This document shows, in pieces, positions 16,530-26,087 of a DNA stretch of 64,000 bases. The position numbers were made by a program, and so were the translations under genes. The notes under the pieces were generated by a model. The model ran no database searches and had not been told where the DNA came from. It saw only the letters and a program-made list of their open reading frames with translations. Origin of the DNA: Myxococcota bacterium (GTDB lineage: Bacteria; Myxococcota_A; UBA9160; UBA6930); NCBI GenBank assembly GCA_965223415.1, contig OZ245002.1:640001-704000 (forward strand), given 5' to 3'. Within the stretch, counting starts at the first letter, position 1, and each line of letters opens with the position of its first letter.

Positions 16530-17354
16530 GTGAGCGGGCGAGACCGGCTTTGGTGGAAGCACGGGGTCGTCTACCAGGTCTACCCGCGCTCGTTCATGGA
16601 TGCGAGCGGCGACGGGGTCGGCGATCTGGAGGGGATCCGGCAGCGGCTCGACCACCTGACGTGGCTCGGTGTCGACGGGATCTGGATCTCGCCGTGCTTC
16701 CCATCGCCCGGGGCGGGTTTCGGCTACGACGTGGCGGACTACTGCAACGTCGACCCGCTCTTCGGCCGCCTGGCCGACATGGACCGGCTGATCGCCGACG
16801 CCCACGCCCGCGGGCTGCGCATCATCCTGGACCTGGTCCCGAACCACACCTCCGATCAGCACCCGTGGTTCCGCGCCTCGCGCGGCAGCCGCGACGACCC
16901 GAAGCGCGACTGGTACGTCTGGCGCGACCCGGCCCCGGACGGCGGCCCGCCCAACAACTGGCTCTCCATCTTCGGAGGCCCGGCCTGGGAGTGGGACGAG
17001 CCAACGGGCCGGTACTACCTCCACTCGTTCCTGAAGGAGCAGCCGGAGCTCGACTGGGGCCACGCGGAGGTCGAGGCCGCCTTCCACGACGTGCTGCGCC
17101 GGACGCCGGCCCTCGAGCGCGGCAGCCAGCGGTGCTTCGACGCCCCCTCCGAGGTCTTCGCCTACGAGCGCGTGCTCGGATCGCAGCGGGTGGTCGTGGC
17201 GCTGCACTTCGGCGAGTGCGCGGTGCGCATCGATCTCGGTCCCGGCCGCGTCCGGAGCGGCCTCTCGACCCGCCACGGTGCGCAGCTGCCGGACGCCCCG
17301 GAAGCGATCTCGCTGGGCCCCGCCGAAGGCGTCGCCCTCCTCGTCGACACCTGA
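16530..17354 (+). pseudogene. GH13 alpha-glucosidase with large in-frame internal deletion
   Basis: WW..VYQVYPRSF.D..GDG.GDL.G, DLVPNHTS, EQPELDW, then direct jump to C-terminal LRRTPAL..G; no GFRxD, Glu or NHD catalytic segments. Confidence 0.85.
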
Positions 17355-18550
17355 TGTCGGGCTACGCCGCCAACGTCCGTCGCCTGTGCACGATCCGGCT
17401 GCTCTTCTGGATGCACTTCATCACGGCGGTGCTCGTCCCCTTCTTCCGCGATTGGGGCGGCATCGGCCTCGGCCACATCCTGTTCCTGAACGCCTGGTTC
17501 ATGGCCTGGAACTTCCTCCTCGAGGTGCCGACGGGTACCGTCGCCGACCGCTTCAGCCGGAAGACCTCGATCGTCCTCGGCCTGGCCCTCGGTGCCCTGG
17601 CGATGGGGATCTACGTGAGCGCGCCGCGCTTCGAGGTCTTCCTCCTGGCGGAGGTCGTCGCAGCCGTCTCCTACGCCCTGCTCTCCGGCGCCGACGAAGC
17701 GCTGATGTACGACAGCCTCGAGGCCGACGGCCGAACCGGCGAGGCGGAGCGGGTCTTCCGCCGCATCGAGTCCTTCAAGCTCGCAGGCATCGTGATCGGC
17801 GCCCTCGGCGGAGCGGCCCTCGCCACCACCGTCGGGCTGAGAGCCACGGTGGCGTGCACGGTCGTCCCGATGAGCGCGGCGGCGCTCGTGGCCCTCTCGC
17901 TCCGCGAGCCCGGCCAGCACCGCCCGGCCTCCGCCCGTCCCCCCTACCGCACGATCCTGCGCGAAGGCCTCGCCCACTTCGCGTCGACCCCGGCGCTGCG
18001 CGCCCTCGCCCTCGACATGGTCGGCGTGCACGCGGCGAGCTGGCTCATCCTGTGGCTCTACCAGCCCCTCCTCGAAGCGGCGGGAATCGGCATCGCCTTC
18101 TTCGGCGCCGTCCACGTGCTGCTCTCGCTCGCCCAGATCGTCGTGCTCTCCCAGGCCGGGCGCCTCGGGCACTTGCTCGGCGGGAGCCACCGCCTGCTTC
18201 GGATCGCCGCCCTCGTGCCGGGCCTGGCCTTCGTGGGGCTCGGCCTCCTGGGCTCGCCGTGGGCCGTGGTGCCGCTGGTCGTGCTGGTCGCGGGCTTCGG
18301 CCTGTCCCGGGCCACGCTCTTCGCCGCCGCCATGAATCGCCACATCCCGAGCAAGCGCCGCGCCACCGTGCTCTCGACGATCTCGATGCTGCGCACCCTG
18401 GGCATCGTGGTGGGCAACGGGCTCGGCGGGCTGGCGGTCGGGCTCTCGCTGCACGGCACCGCCGCGGGAGCGGGCATCGCGATCCTCGTCTTCGTGGCGC
18501 TCGCTTCGGTTGGGCGGGAGCATCTGATGGGAGGAGCGGAGCAGGGGTAG
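17354..18550 (+). CDS. MFS transporter
   Basis: LEVPTGTVADRFSRK, SGADEALMYDSL, RATVLS; many TM segments. Confidence 0.9.
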   Translation: MSGYAANVRRLCTIRLLFWMHFITAVLVPFFRDWGGIGLGHILFLNAWFMAWNFLLEVPTGTVADRFSRKTSIVLGLALGALAMGIYVSAPRFEVFLLAEVVAAVSYALLSGADEALMYDSLEADGRTGEAERVFRRIESFKLAGIVIGALGGAALATTVGLRATVACTVVPMSAAALVALSLREPGQHRPASARPPYRTILREGLAHFASTPALRALALDMVGVHAASWLILWLYQPLLEAAGIGIAFFGAVHVLLSLAQIVVLSQAGRLGHLLGGSHRLLRIAALVPGLAFVGLGLLGSPWAVVPLVVLVAGFGLSRATLFAAAMNRHIPSKRRATVLSTISMLRTLGIVVGNGLGGLAVGLSLHGTAAGAGIAILVFVALASVGREHLMGGAEQG

Positions 18551-18558
18551 GCCGTACC

Positions 18559-18585
18559 CGGGTTCGATTCCCGCCGCCTCCACCA
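18559..18585 (+). ncRNA. ssrA: Isolated 3' fragment of tmRNA (att-like remnant), not a full gene
   Basis: CGGGTTCGATTCCCGCCGCCTCCACCA = T-arm, acceptor 3' strand, ACCA; no 5' half nearby. Confidence 0.8.
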
Positions 18586-18621
18586 CGGGAACCGCCGCGC
18601 TGCCGTCGGCTTCCCCGACGG

Positions 18622-19917
18622 TCAAGGAGGCGGCAGGGGCAGCACCGGCCAGTCACCCTCGGAGAGCTCGCGGACCGCAAACTGCCAGACCACCGCGCGC
18701 ACGCCCTCCAGGCGATCGCCGCGCTGCGCGAGCTCGCGGAGCAGATCGCGGCGTGTTGCGTGCGCCCCGCCGGCGTTCCGCGCGATCCGATCGACGGGTC
18801 GGGCGAGTCGGTGGCCGAGCTGCTCGGCCAGCCCGGCCGCCTCGCCCCAATCGAGCGGTAGGCCGTCCTCACTCTGCGCGAAGGCACTCCGAACCGCGAA
18901 GATGTTCGTGAAGCTGTCGCCCAGCAGCAGCACCGGCGCGCCGCGCGTGGGCCTCCAGAGGCGCCCGTCGGCGTCGCGCACCTCCTGGATCGTCGGGCGC
19001 TCCAGGGGAAACGGGGTCGTCGCGGGGTCGAGCTCGAGCAGGGCGGCGAGATCGCCCCGGTTCTGGACCTCGACGGCCTTCCGCGTGGTCGTCAGGCTCG
19101 GCTCGCCCAGGTCGAAGCGTTTCTCGAGGAACAGGGCGAGCTCGGCGGCGACTTGCGCCATCGCCGCCGGCCGCCAATGGGTGTCCGTCGCGAGGTAGGC
19201 GCTCCGGCCGGGCCGTTCCCCCTGCCAGCCGGCCAGGACCGGCGCCGGATCGAAGACCGCGATCCCTTCCCCCCGAAGCGCGTCGACGAAGGCCTCGAAG
19301 GACGGGTTGTGCAGCGGGGCCATGGACGCGACGCCCCACGGACGCGCGTCGACGACGCCCTTGACGGGCGTGGGGACCACCACGAGCGCGATCCCGCGGG
19401 CCTCCAGGTCCTCGTGGAAGCGAAGGATGGCGGGGAGCGGATCGGGCTCGGGGACGCGCTCGCAGGGGTCGGCGTCGCGCACTCGCCTGGCGAGCCGGTC
19501 CCCATCGAGAAACGGCGGCCCGGTCACGTGGTCGAAGCCGGCCCGCTGGTAGAGCCAGCCGTCCGCTGCCGCATGGACCTGCTCGTTGCCGAGCCCGAAC
19601 CACCGTGTGAGCGCGCCCTGGACCCGAGGCCGCACCCGTCGCGCGACCACCGACCGCTCCTCGAGGCTCGTCTCCGCGCGCTGCAGGGTACAGGCGTCGA
19701 TGGGGCCCTGGCCGAGCTCCCGGAAGGCCGAGCCGACGCCGGGCGCTCCCCCCGGATCGAGCAGGAGCTCGAGCGAGGGGACGACCGCGAGCGTGGACAC
19801 GAAGAGCGCGACGATGGCCCGGGCGAGCCACGGGGCGACGAACGTCTCGCCCAGCTCGCGAAACGCGGCTTCCTCCTGGGCCAGATGCAGGTTGGGAACG
19901 GACGGAGGTTCGTTCAA
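18622..19917 (-). CDS. AlgJ/AlgX-like SGNH O-acetyltransferase
   Basis: TM anchor, DGWLY, VVVPTPVK, TDTHW, LLGDSF, VWQFAVREL. Confidence 0.85.
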   Translation of the reverse strand: MNEPPSVPNLHLAQEEAAFRELGETFVAPWLARAIVALFVSTLAVVPSLELLLDPGGAPGVGSAFRELGQGPIDACTLQRAETSLEERSVVARRVRPRVQGALTRWFGLGNEQVHAAADGWLYQRAGFDHVTGPPFLDGDRLARRVRDADPCERVPEPDPLPAILRFHEDLEARGIALVVVPTPVKGVVDARPWGVASMAPLHNPSFEAFVDALRGEGIAVFDPAPVLAGWQGERPGRSAYLATDTHWRPAAMAQVAAELALFLEKRFDLGEPSLTTTRKAVEVQNRGDLAALLELDPATTPFPLERPTIQEVRDADGRLWRPTRGAPVLLLGDSFTNIFAVRSAFAQSEDGLPLDWGEAAGLAEQLGHRLARPVDRIARNAGGAHATRRDLLRELAQRGDRLEGVRAVVWQFAVRELSEGDWPVLPLPPP

Positions 19918-19924
19918 GGACGCC

Positions 19925-21406
19925 TCAGAAGATGAAGTAGATGAAGGGGTTGTAGGCCTGGGTGAAGAGCGCGAGCCCCGCCAGCCAGAGGCCGACCAGC
20001 GAGAGCAGCGCCTTCGCCGGCGTGAGCGTCCGCGTCCAGTCCCACGCCTGGGGCGCTCCCCAGGTCAGCACCGCGGCGAGGGCCATCGAGAACAGGGAGT
20101 AGGGCTGGTAGACGAGCCCGCCGACGAGGGCCGCTCCCGGCCCGGCGCTGCCCATGCCGAACATGGCGCCCAGGTAGGCGATTGCGGTGTCGAGGTCGGG
20201 CGCCCGGAAGAAGACCCAGCCGAGGGTGACGACGCCAAAGGTGAGGAGGATGCGTAGCGACGCCGGCAGCCATCCCAGGAGTCGATCCCGGCCGAGGACG
20301 CGCTCCAGCGCCAGGCCCAGGCCGTGCAGCCCGCCCCACACGACGAACTGGAGGGCCGCGCCATGCCACAGACCCCCGAGCAGCATCACGATCATCAGGT
20401 TGGCGTAGGTCCGGTGCACCCCACGGCGGTTTCCGCCTAACGGCAGGTAGAGGTAGTCGCGGAGGAAGCTCGAGAGCGAGATGTGCCAGCGCCGCCAGAA
20501 CTCGGTGAGCGAACGGCTCCGGTAGGGCGAGTCGAAGTTCTTCGGGAACACGAAGCCGAGCATCAACCCGAGCCCGATGGCCATGTCCGAGTACCCGGAG
20601 AAGTCGAAGTAGATCTGGAAGGCGTAGGCGAAGGCGCCCCACCAAGCCTCGATGGGCGCGAGCGAGCCGGCGCCGAAACAGGTGTCGGCGATCTTCCCGG
20701 CCGGGTTGGCCACGAGGACCTTCTTGGCCATGCCCAGCGAGAAGAGCGTGACGCCCCGCGCGAAGCGCTCCATGTCGTGACGGCGGGAGGTGAGCTGGGC
20801 CGCGACTTCCGAGAAACGCAGGATCGGCCCGGCCACGAGCTGCGTGAAGAGGGACACGTAGCAGGCGAAGTCGACAAGGCTAAGCGTGGCCCGGGCGTGC
20901 CCGCGGTACACGTCGATCGTGTAGCTCATCGACTGGAACGTGTAGAAGCTGATACCGAGAGGGAGCGTCACCCGCAGCCACCCCTCCGCTGCCAGGCTTG
21001 ACCCTCCCAGGGCCTCGACGGTGGCGCTCCACGTCTCGATGCCGAAGTTGGCGTACTTGAAGAAGCACAGGATCGCGAGGTTCGTGCCGACGGAGATGCC
21101 GAGCGCCAGGCGCTGTGTGAACGAACGGGGACCACCGGGAGGGCACAGCGGCAGCTGGCCCTCCACCTCGGACGGTGGCTCCGGATGGGCCTGGCGACGA
21201 GCGATCCACCCACCGCAGGTGAAGTCGATCACCGTGCTCAGCATGAGCAGCGGGACGAACGCCGGGTTCGCCCAGCCGTAGAAGGCCCAGCTGACGAGGG
21301 TGAGCAGGCCGTGGCTCAGCCAGCGCGGACCGAAGCGGGAGCCGTAGTAGAGCCCGAGCGCGAGCGGCAGGAAGGTCCAGAGGAAGATCTGGGAGCTGAA
21401 GACCAA
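19925..21406 (-). CDS. algI: MBOAT O-acyltransferase, AlgI family
   Basis: LPLGISFYTFQ, QLVAGPI, QIYFDFSGYSDMAIG, FWRRWHISLS, GLWHGA, NPFIYFIF; TTG start inferred. Confidence 0.9.
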   Translation of the reverse strand: MVFSSQIFLWTFLPLALGLYYGSRFGPRWLSHGLLTLVSWAFYGWANPAFVPLLMLSTVIDFTCGGWIARRQAHPEPPSEVEGQLPLCPPGGPRSFTQRLALGISVGTNLAILCFFKYANFGIETWSATVEALGGSSLAAEGWLRVTLPLGISFYTFQSMSYTIDVYRGHARATLSLVDFACYVSLFTQLVAGPILRFSEVAAQLTSRRHDMERFARGVTLFSLGMAKKVLVANPAGKIADTCFGAGSLAPIEAWWGAFAYAFQIYFDFSGYSDMAIGLGLMLGFVFPKNFDSPYRSRSLTEFWRRWHISLSSFLRDYLYLPLGGNRRGVHRTYANLMIVMLLGGLWHGAALQFVVWGGLHGLGLALERVLGRDRLLGWLPASLRILLTFGVVTLGWVFFRAPDLDTAIAYLGAMFGMGSAGPGAALVGGLVYQPYSLFSMALAAVLTWGAPQAWDWTRTLTPAKALLSLVGLWLAGLALFTQAYNPFIYFIF

Positions 21407-21420
21407 GGGGCTTCCGGCCG

Positions 21421-23937
21421 CTACGGCCCGACGTCGAGGAAGAGGGAGAGATCGGGGGCAAGATCGAGCGTGTCTGCGAGGACGTGCTCGGCGACCTGGG
21501 GGTTGTCCTCGAAGGGCTCGAGGTCGAGCCAGCGGGCCTTTCCGGGCCGAAGGGACGGGAGCGGCTGGGTCGCCCCGCCGAGCACGGCCCAGTGGGCGAC
21601 GCGGATGCGGTCCTCGCCCAGCTCGCCCTCCTCGACACGCAGGACTTCCCACTCCGACACGGCCAACGCCTCGCGATAGGGCGCGATCTCCTCGAGCGTC
21701 GGGGGATCGGAGGCGGCCACGAGTCGCGCTCGAAGCCGGAGCCTCGGGGTCACTTCGCGCGCTTCGACTCGTGCGAGGGCCGCGTGGGCGTTGGCCGCCG
21801 CCTCACCCTCCTCCATGAAGCGGCAGTAGAGGGCGATGCCCTCCAGGGCACCCCGCCAGTCGTGCTCTCCCTTCGAGTCACTCCCGAACAGCAGCAGGCT
21901 CGCCTCGTCGAGCTTCTCGAGATCCCCCTGGACCCGGTCGGAGTCGAAGACCTTGCCGCCATCGCGATAGGCGACGAGTCGGCCCCGTTCGTGGTAGGAG
22001 ACGACGAGATGCGTCGGCTCGGAAGAGCCGAGGGTCGCGATCGTCTCCTCGGGGTCCGCCTCGTGGGTGCGCACGCGCGCCCGAAGCTCGTCTCCTCGCT
22101 GAACCAGCTGGAGGAGGAAGCGCCCGCCCTCGGTCTCGAGAAGCGCGATCTGACCCCGGTCCCCGCGCTCGACGCCGTGAGGAGTCAGCATCAATTCCAA
22201 TGTGACCGCTTCGGCGTCGCGGCAGGAGCGAGCGAAGGCCTGGCCCGCACCCTGCGCTTCGAAAGCGCCTCCGGCGAGGGCCAGGGCATGGTCGTGGTTC
22301 AGGCGGGCGCGGCCCCGGGACTGGATGGGAAAGACCACCTCGCGGTCCGATCCGGGCAGACGAACCCGGTTCTCGTCCAACGCCGTGCCGAAGAGGTAGA
22401 CCAGCCTGGCAGGATCCCGCGGCCAGGTCGAGCGCTCCACCTCGAGCTCTTGCGGCGGGGCATCGTGGCCCACGCGATCCCGCACGCCCTCGAGTCGCAA
22501 GACGTCGCGGGTGGGCAGGTCCGCCGCCGCCGCGACTCGCAGTGTGTGGCGGTCGGGGCGTAGCGCGACCGAGGCCAGGGGGACCCCGGACACGAGCGTG
22601 GCCTCGACGCCTGCGACGTCGATCGGCTCGTCGAAGACCACGTCGACTTCCCGGCCCCGAACGACCGTGCGCAAGACCGCCGGGGGACGAGGCGGCTTGA
22701 CGTCCACGCGGGCGTGCAGCTCCTCGTCGCCACGCCGGGCGACGAGCGCATAGGTCCCCGCCGCCTCGTACGCGTGACGCCCGACCGCGGACTCGACACG
22801 CTGGCCGTCGCCGAAGTCCCACCGCCAGGGGCCGCCCTCGACGTGGTCCGGGCTCACGTGCTCCGGGTCGATCTCCACGGCGAACGGTGCTTCGCCGCCC
22901 AGGTGACCCAGCTCGAGCCCCCCGACGAACACGTCGGGGAAGCGATCGACGCCGACATCGAAGGTGTAGCGGATGGGATCGCCCACCAGCTCGAGCGTCA
23001 TCGGGTCGATCGGCGCCACGAAGATCTCGTAGTCCGTGCGGAAGTGGTCGTGGTCGCCGTTCGACGCCCCGAAGGTGAGCAGACGCTGGTCGGGTGAGAC
23101 CATCGGGAAGTAGACGTAGCGGAAGCTCGGATCGAGCCGGGGATCATCCTTGTCGACGATGGTCCCGGTGCGTTCGCTTGCGAGGTCGATCCGCAGGATC
23201 GGCCCGCCCGAACGGGTGGTCCAGAAGCCGAAGCGGCCGTCGCGGGTGAGATAGGACTGACATCCCGCGCGACGGGCACTCGGCGCGAGGGTCCGGGCCT
23301 CGGCATCGAAGGGGCTGAAGAGCGGGTCGTTGGAGGTTCCGTGGCTCTTCTGCGGGTTCAGCAGGAAGGCCCGCTTGCCGGGCGGCGGCTTCGCGACCAG
23401 GGAGGCGTCCCCGGTCCGCAGATCGAGCTCGCGTGTCTCCAGGCCGCGGGTCACGTAGAACAGGCGGTGACCGTCGATCCAGACGACCGATCGGCTCTGC
23501 CCGTAGGACCGCGCGTCCCGTGCGACCGTCTGCTCGCGACCGTCGGCGAGATGGAGGATGCGGAGCTCGATGGGAACGTCCGGAGGCACAGGGTGGTAGG
23601 AGTTCCGGCCGCGCGGGTAGCTCAGGTAGGCGATGCGCGTTCCGTCCGGTGAGACGTGTGCGCCGAAGTGGTCGCGCTCGGGCTCATCGGGACTGAGCTG
23701 GCGCAGGCCCGAGCCGTCGAGCCCGCGTGTCCAGATCCGCCAGGAGCCCGTCCGGTTCGACTCCCAGACGACGAATCCGTTACCGAGAGCAGCCAGGGAG
23801 GCGTAGGCGTCGCGGGCCTCGGCCGGGGAGGCGCCCACCGCCGCGAGTCCGGCGTCGGCCGGCTCGTCGGGATCGGAGCAGCCCCATGCCACGACCGCGC
23901 AGAGGATCGCACCGATCTGGCGAAGCAGGGGGGACAT
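21421..23937 (-). CDS. Lipoprotein: TolB-like propeller + PKD + Ig-like + LamG-like + C-terminal domain
   Basis: VAWGC lipobox, WESNRTG, SPDGTRIAY, WDFGDG, VVFDEPID, THLVVSY..AYRDG. Confidence 0.8.
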   Translation of the reverse strand: MSPLLRQIGAILCAVVAWGCSDPDEPADAGLAAVGASPAEARDAYASLAALGNGFVVWESNRTGSWRIWTRGLDGSGLRQLSPDEPERDHFGAHVSPDGTRIAYLSYPRGRNSYHPVPPDVPIELRILHLADGREQTVARDARSYGQSRSVVWIDGHRLFYVTRGLETRELDLRTGDASLVAKPPPGKRAFLLNPQKSHGTSNDPLFSPFDAEARTLAPSARRAGCQSYLTRDGRFGFWTTRSGGPILRIDLASERTGTIVDKDDPRLDPSFRYVYFPMVSPDQRLLTFGASNGDHDHFRTDYEIFVAPIDPMTLELVGDPIRYTFDVGVDRFPDVFVGGLELGHLGGEAPFAVEIDPEHVSPDHVEGGPWRWDFGDGQRVESAVGRHAYEAAGTYALVARRGDEELHARVDVKPPRPPAVLRTVVRGREVDVVFDEPIDVAGVEATLVSGVPLASVALRPDRHTLRVAAAADLPTRDVLRLEGVRDRVGHDAPPQELEVERSTWPRDPARLVYLFGTALDENRVRLPGSDREVVFPIQSRGRARLNHDHALALAGGAFEAQGAGQAFARSCRDAEAVTLELMLTPHGVERGDRGQIALLETEGGRFLLQLVQRGDELRARVRTHEADPEETIATLGSSEPTHLVVSYHERGRLVAYRDGGKVFDSDRVQGDLEKLDEASLLLFGSDSKGEHDWRGALEGIALYCRFMEEGEAAANAHAALARVEAREVTPRLRLRARLVAASDPPTLEEIAPYREALAVSEWEVLRVEEGELGEDRIRVAHWAVLGGATQPLPSLRPGKARWLDLEPFEDNPQVAEHVLADTLDLAPDLSLFLDVGP

Positions 23938-24292
23938 GTCTTGGAGCCAGCCTAGCCGCCGGAGCGGCCGCTCCCGCAGGCGTTCTCACCCATCCTTCAT
24001 GCGCGCGGCGGTCGGTGGAGTGCACCGCCGCGCGCACCGCGCGGGCGCCGCCACCGCGCCTCGGCCCGGCTTCGAAGTGCCCGATTTCCCAGGCTTCGTG
24101 CCTCCCTTGCGGCGGGTTCCGAAGGATCGAGGCCGACCTGGTCGAGATCCGCGGGCTGGGCTCGCAGACCAGGCCGTTCCGCGAGCCCAGCCGTGCGCTT
24201 CGCCTGGCGTGGTCTTCCCGGGCTGGTAGAGCGTGCCGAGCGCAGCTGGGCGCGCATGCAATCTCAGAGCCAACACGAGGAGCGACGATCCA

Positions 24293-24500
24293 CGCAGTAC
24301 CGCTTCCATGGCCGAGGAAGCGGGCGTCCCTCGCGCCGGCCACGCGCTCCAGCCGACGGGATCGGCGACTTCGGTGCGCCGGCGACGAGGGGACCGGGAC
24401 ATCACCGATGGGCCGTTCGCCGAGACCAAGCAACGGCTCGGAGGATACTCCTTGCTCGAGAGCAAGGACCTCGACGGGGCCGTCACCTGGGCAGCTCACC
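24293..24500 (+). pseudogene. YciI/DGPF family fragment
   Basis: ALQP..ATSVR..ITDGPFAETKQRLGGY..DLD.A.WA; both ends lost. Confidence 0.75.
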
Positions 24501-24586
24501 GTCGTCGGCTTCGAGGGCGCGGGCTAGGTCAGATGCTCGGGGCGTGCGCCGCTCATGGAAGGCCTCCTTTGGTCCCGGCACCGAAG

Positions 24587-25345
24587 TCACACTCCCGGCC
24601 GCAGGACGTAGAAGACATAGCTGTACGATCCCCCGCTCGCCCGGTAGAGCTCCGATTCGGCGGTGGCCGCGTCGAGGGCGGCGATCCGGTCCGGGTCGCG
24701 CGCCCCCTCGCGGAGGGCTTCGATCCGCCGGTCGATCGGTTCGTAGTAGCTGTGCCAGTCCTCCGGCGGCTGTGGGAAGCTCCCGAGCACGTCGTAGCCG
24801 CAGGCGTACGCGACGTGGAGGTTGTCCTCGTGGAGCTGCATCGCGGGATACTCGGCCTGCCAGAACTCCGCCGCGGCCGCGGGCGGATCCGGCTTCAGCC
24901 AGGTGGCCTCCGACACCACCAGGCAGCCGCCCGGGGCGAGCCACTCCCGCCAGGTGCGAAGCCCCGTCTCGAGGCCGACGTTGTAGACGGCGCCCTCGCA
25001 CCAGATCAGGTCGTAACCCCCGGCCTCGGGTGTGATCTCGATCATGGAGCCGACTTCGCCGACCACGCGATCCGCGAGGCCGCGCCCGGAGGCGCGCCGG
25101 TTGAGGTCCTCGATGAAGGGCGGCAGCAGGTCGACCGCGCGGATCGTGCCGTCGGTGAGCGCCGCGAGATCGAAGGTCTGACGTCCGGGGCCACAGCCCA
25201 GGTCGAGCACCCGTGGCTTCGGCGGGAGATCCGGCAGCATCTCGAAGGCGCGTCGCGTCGACGTAGCGCTTCCCGGACTCTGCTGAAGCAGGCCCTCGTG
25301 GAGCTCCCAGAAGACCTTCATGGCGGCTCGGGTGGCATGGTCCAT
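24587..25345 (-). CDS. Class I SAM-dependent methyltransferase
   Basis: QSPGS, VLDLGCGPG, DLIWCEGAVY, YSYVFY. Confidence 0.9.
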   Translation of the reverse strand: MDHATRAAMKVFWELHEGLLQQSPGSATSTRRAFEMLPDLPPKPRVLDLGCGPGRQTFDLAALTDGTIRAVDLLPPFIEDLNRRASGRGLADRVVGEVGSMIEITPEAGGYDLIWCEGAVYNVGLETGLRTWREWLAPGGCLVVSEATWLKPDPPAAAAEFWQAEYPAMQLHEDNLHVAYACGYDVLGSFPQPPEDWHSYYEPIDRRIEALREGARDPDRIAALDAATAESELYRASGGSYSYVFYVLRPGV

Positions 25346-25453
25346 CGCGCCGGGGAGCCTACGCACCCCCAGGAGCTCGGTCGAGTCGTCCTGCCCCGGC
25401 GGGCGACGCATCTACGTGCGGGGTCGCCGAAGATCTCAGCGATCCGAAGAAAA

Positions 25454-25579
25454 CTAGGGATCGAAGATCCCCTGGCCCGCGTCCAGCGCCACTGACGTCC
25501 CGACGGCCGGCGGAGTGAAGGGCGCGTCGGCCCGCTCCTTCCACTGGAGCCAGCGGAGCGACGGGTGCTCGAGGGGGAC
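25454..25579 (-). pseudogene. Orphan C-terminal tail of a lost gene (resembles membrane metal-dependent hydrolase tails)
   Basis: VPLEHPSLRWLQWKERADAPFTPPAVGTSVAL...* in a frame different from the AraC fragment. Confidence 0.5.
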
Positions 25580-25872
25580 TCGTGGCTGCCGTAGCCGGCG
25601 TCGAGGGCGATGTCGCCGATGCGCCGGGGATCCCCGAGCACCCGGGCTGCGGCCCGTTCCAGGCGGAGCCGGCGCAGGTAGGCGGTCGGAGGCTCCCCGA
25701 CCCGATCCCGGAACAGCCGGTGGAGGTGATGGGGCGCGGCGCCGGCCCGGCGCGCGAGCGCTCCCAGGCCAAGGTCGTCGGTGGTATCCGCGTGGATGGC
25801 GTCGAGGGCGGCCGCGACCTGCATCCGGCGGTGGAGCCGGGTCTCGGGCTTCGGGGACGACCGACGCGGCAT
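25580..25872 (-). pseudogene. Truncated AraC-family regulator
   Basis: LARRAGAAPHHLHRLF..YLRRLRLERAA..IALDAGYGSHE then breaks before the final helix. Confidence 0.8.
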
Positions 25873-26087
25873 GGGCCGAGCCTAGGCGAGCCGGGCCGGC
25901 TCGGACTTGATCGAGCTTGCGAATCTGCGGGCCCGGGAGGTGGCCGGCGCTCTCATCCGCACGGAAAAATCCTTAGAGTCCGGATGCTTACGGATGGTCA
26001 GGGTTCGGTCGGCCGCCGGTAAGGACCCGCCGGCGCCCTCCCCCGATGATGCTCCTCGTCCCGTGCAGGGACCCACGAGGAGACACG

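Noticed and set aside
18510..18620. Complete tRNA or permuted two-piece tmRNA
   Set aside because: No D or anticodon arm and no GGGGGCG 5' acceptor strand adjacent
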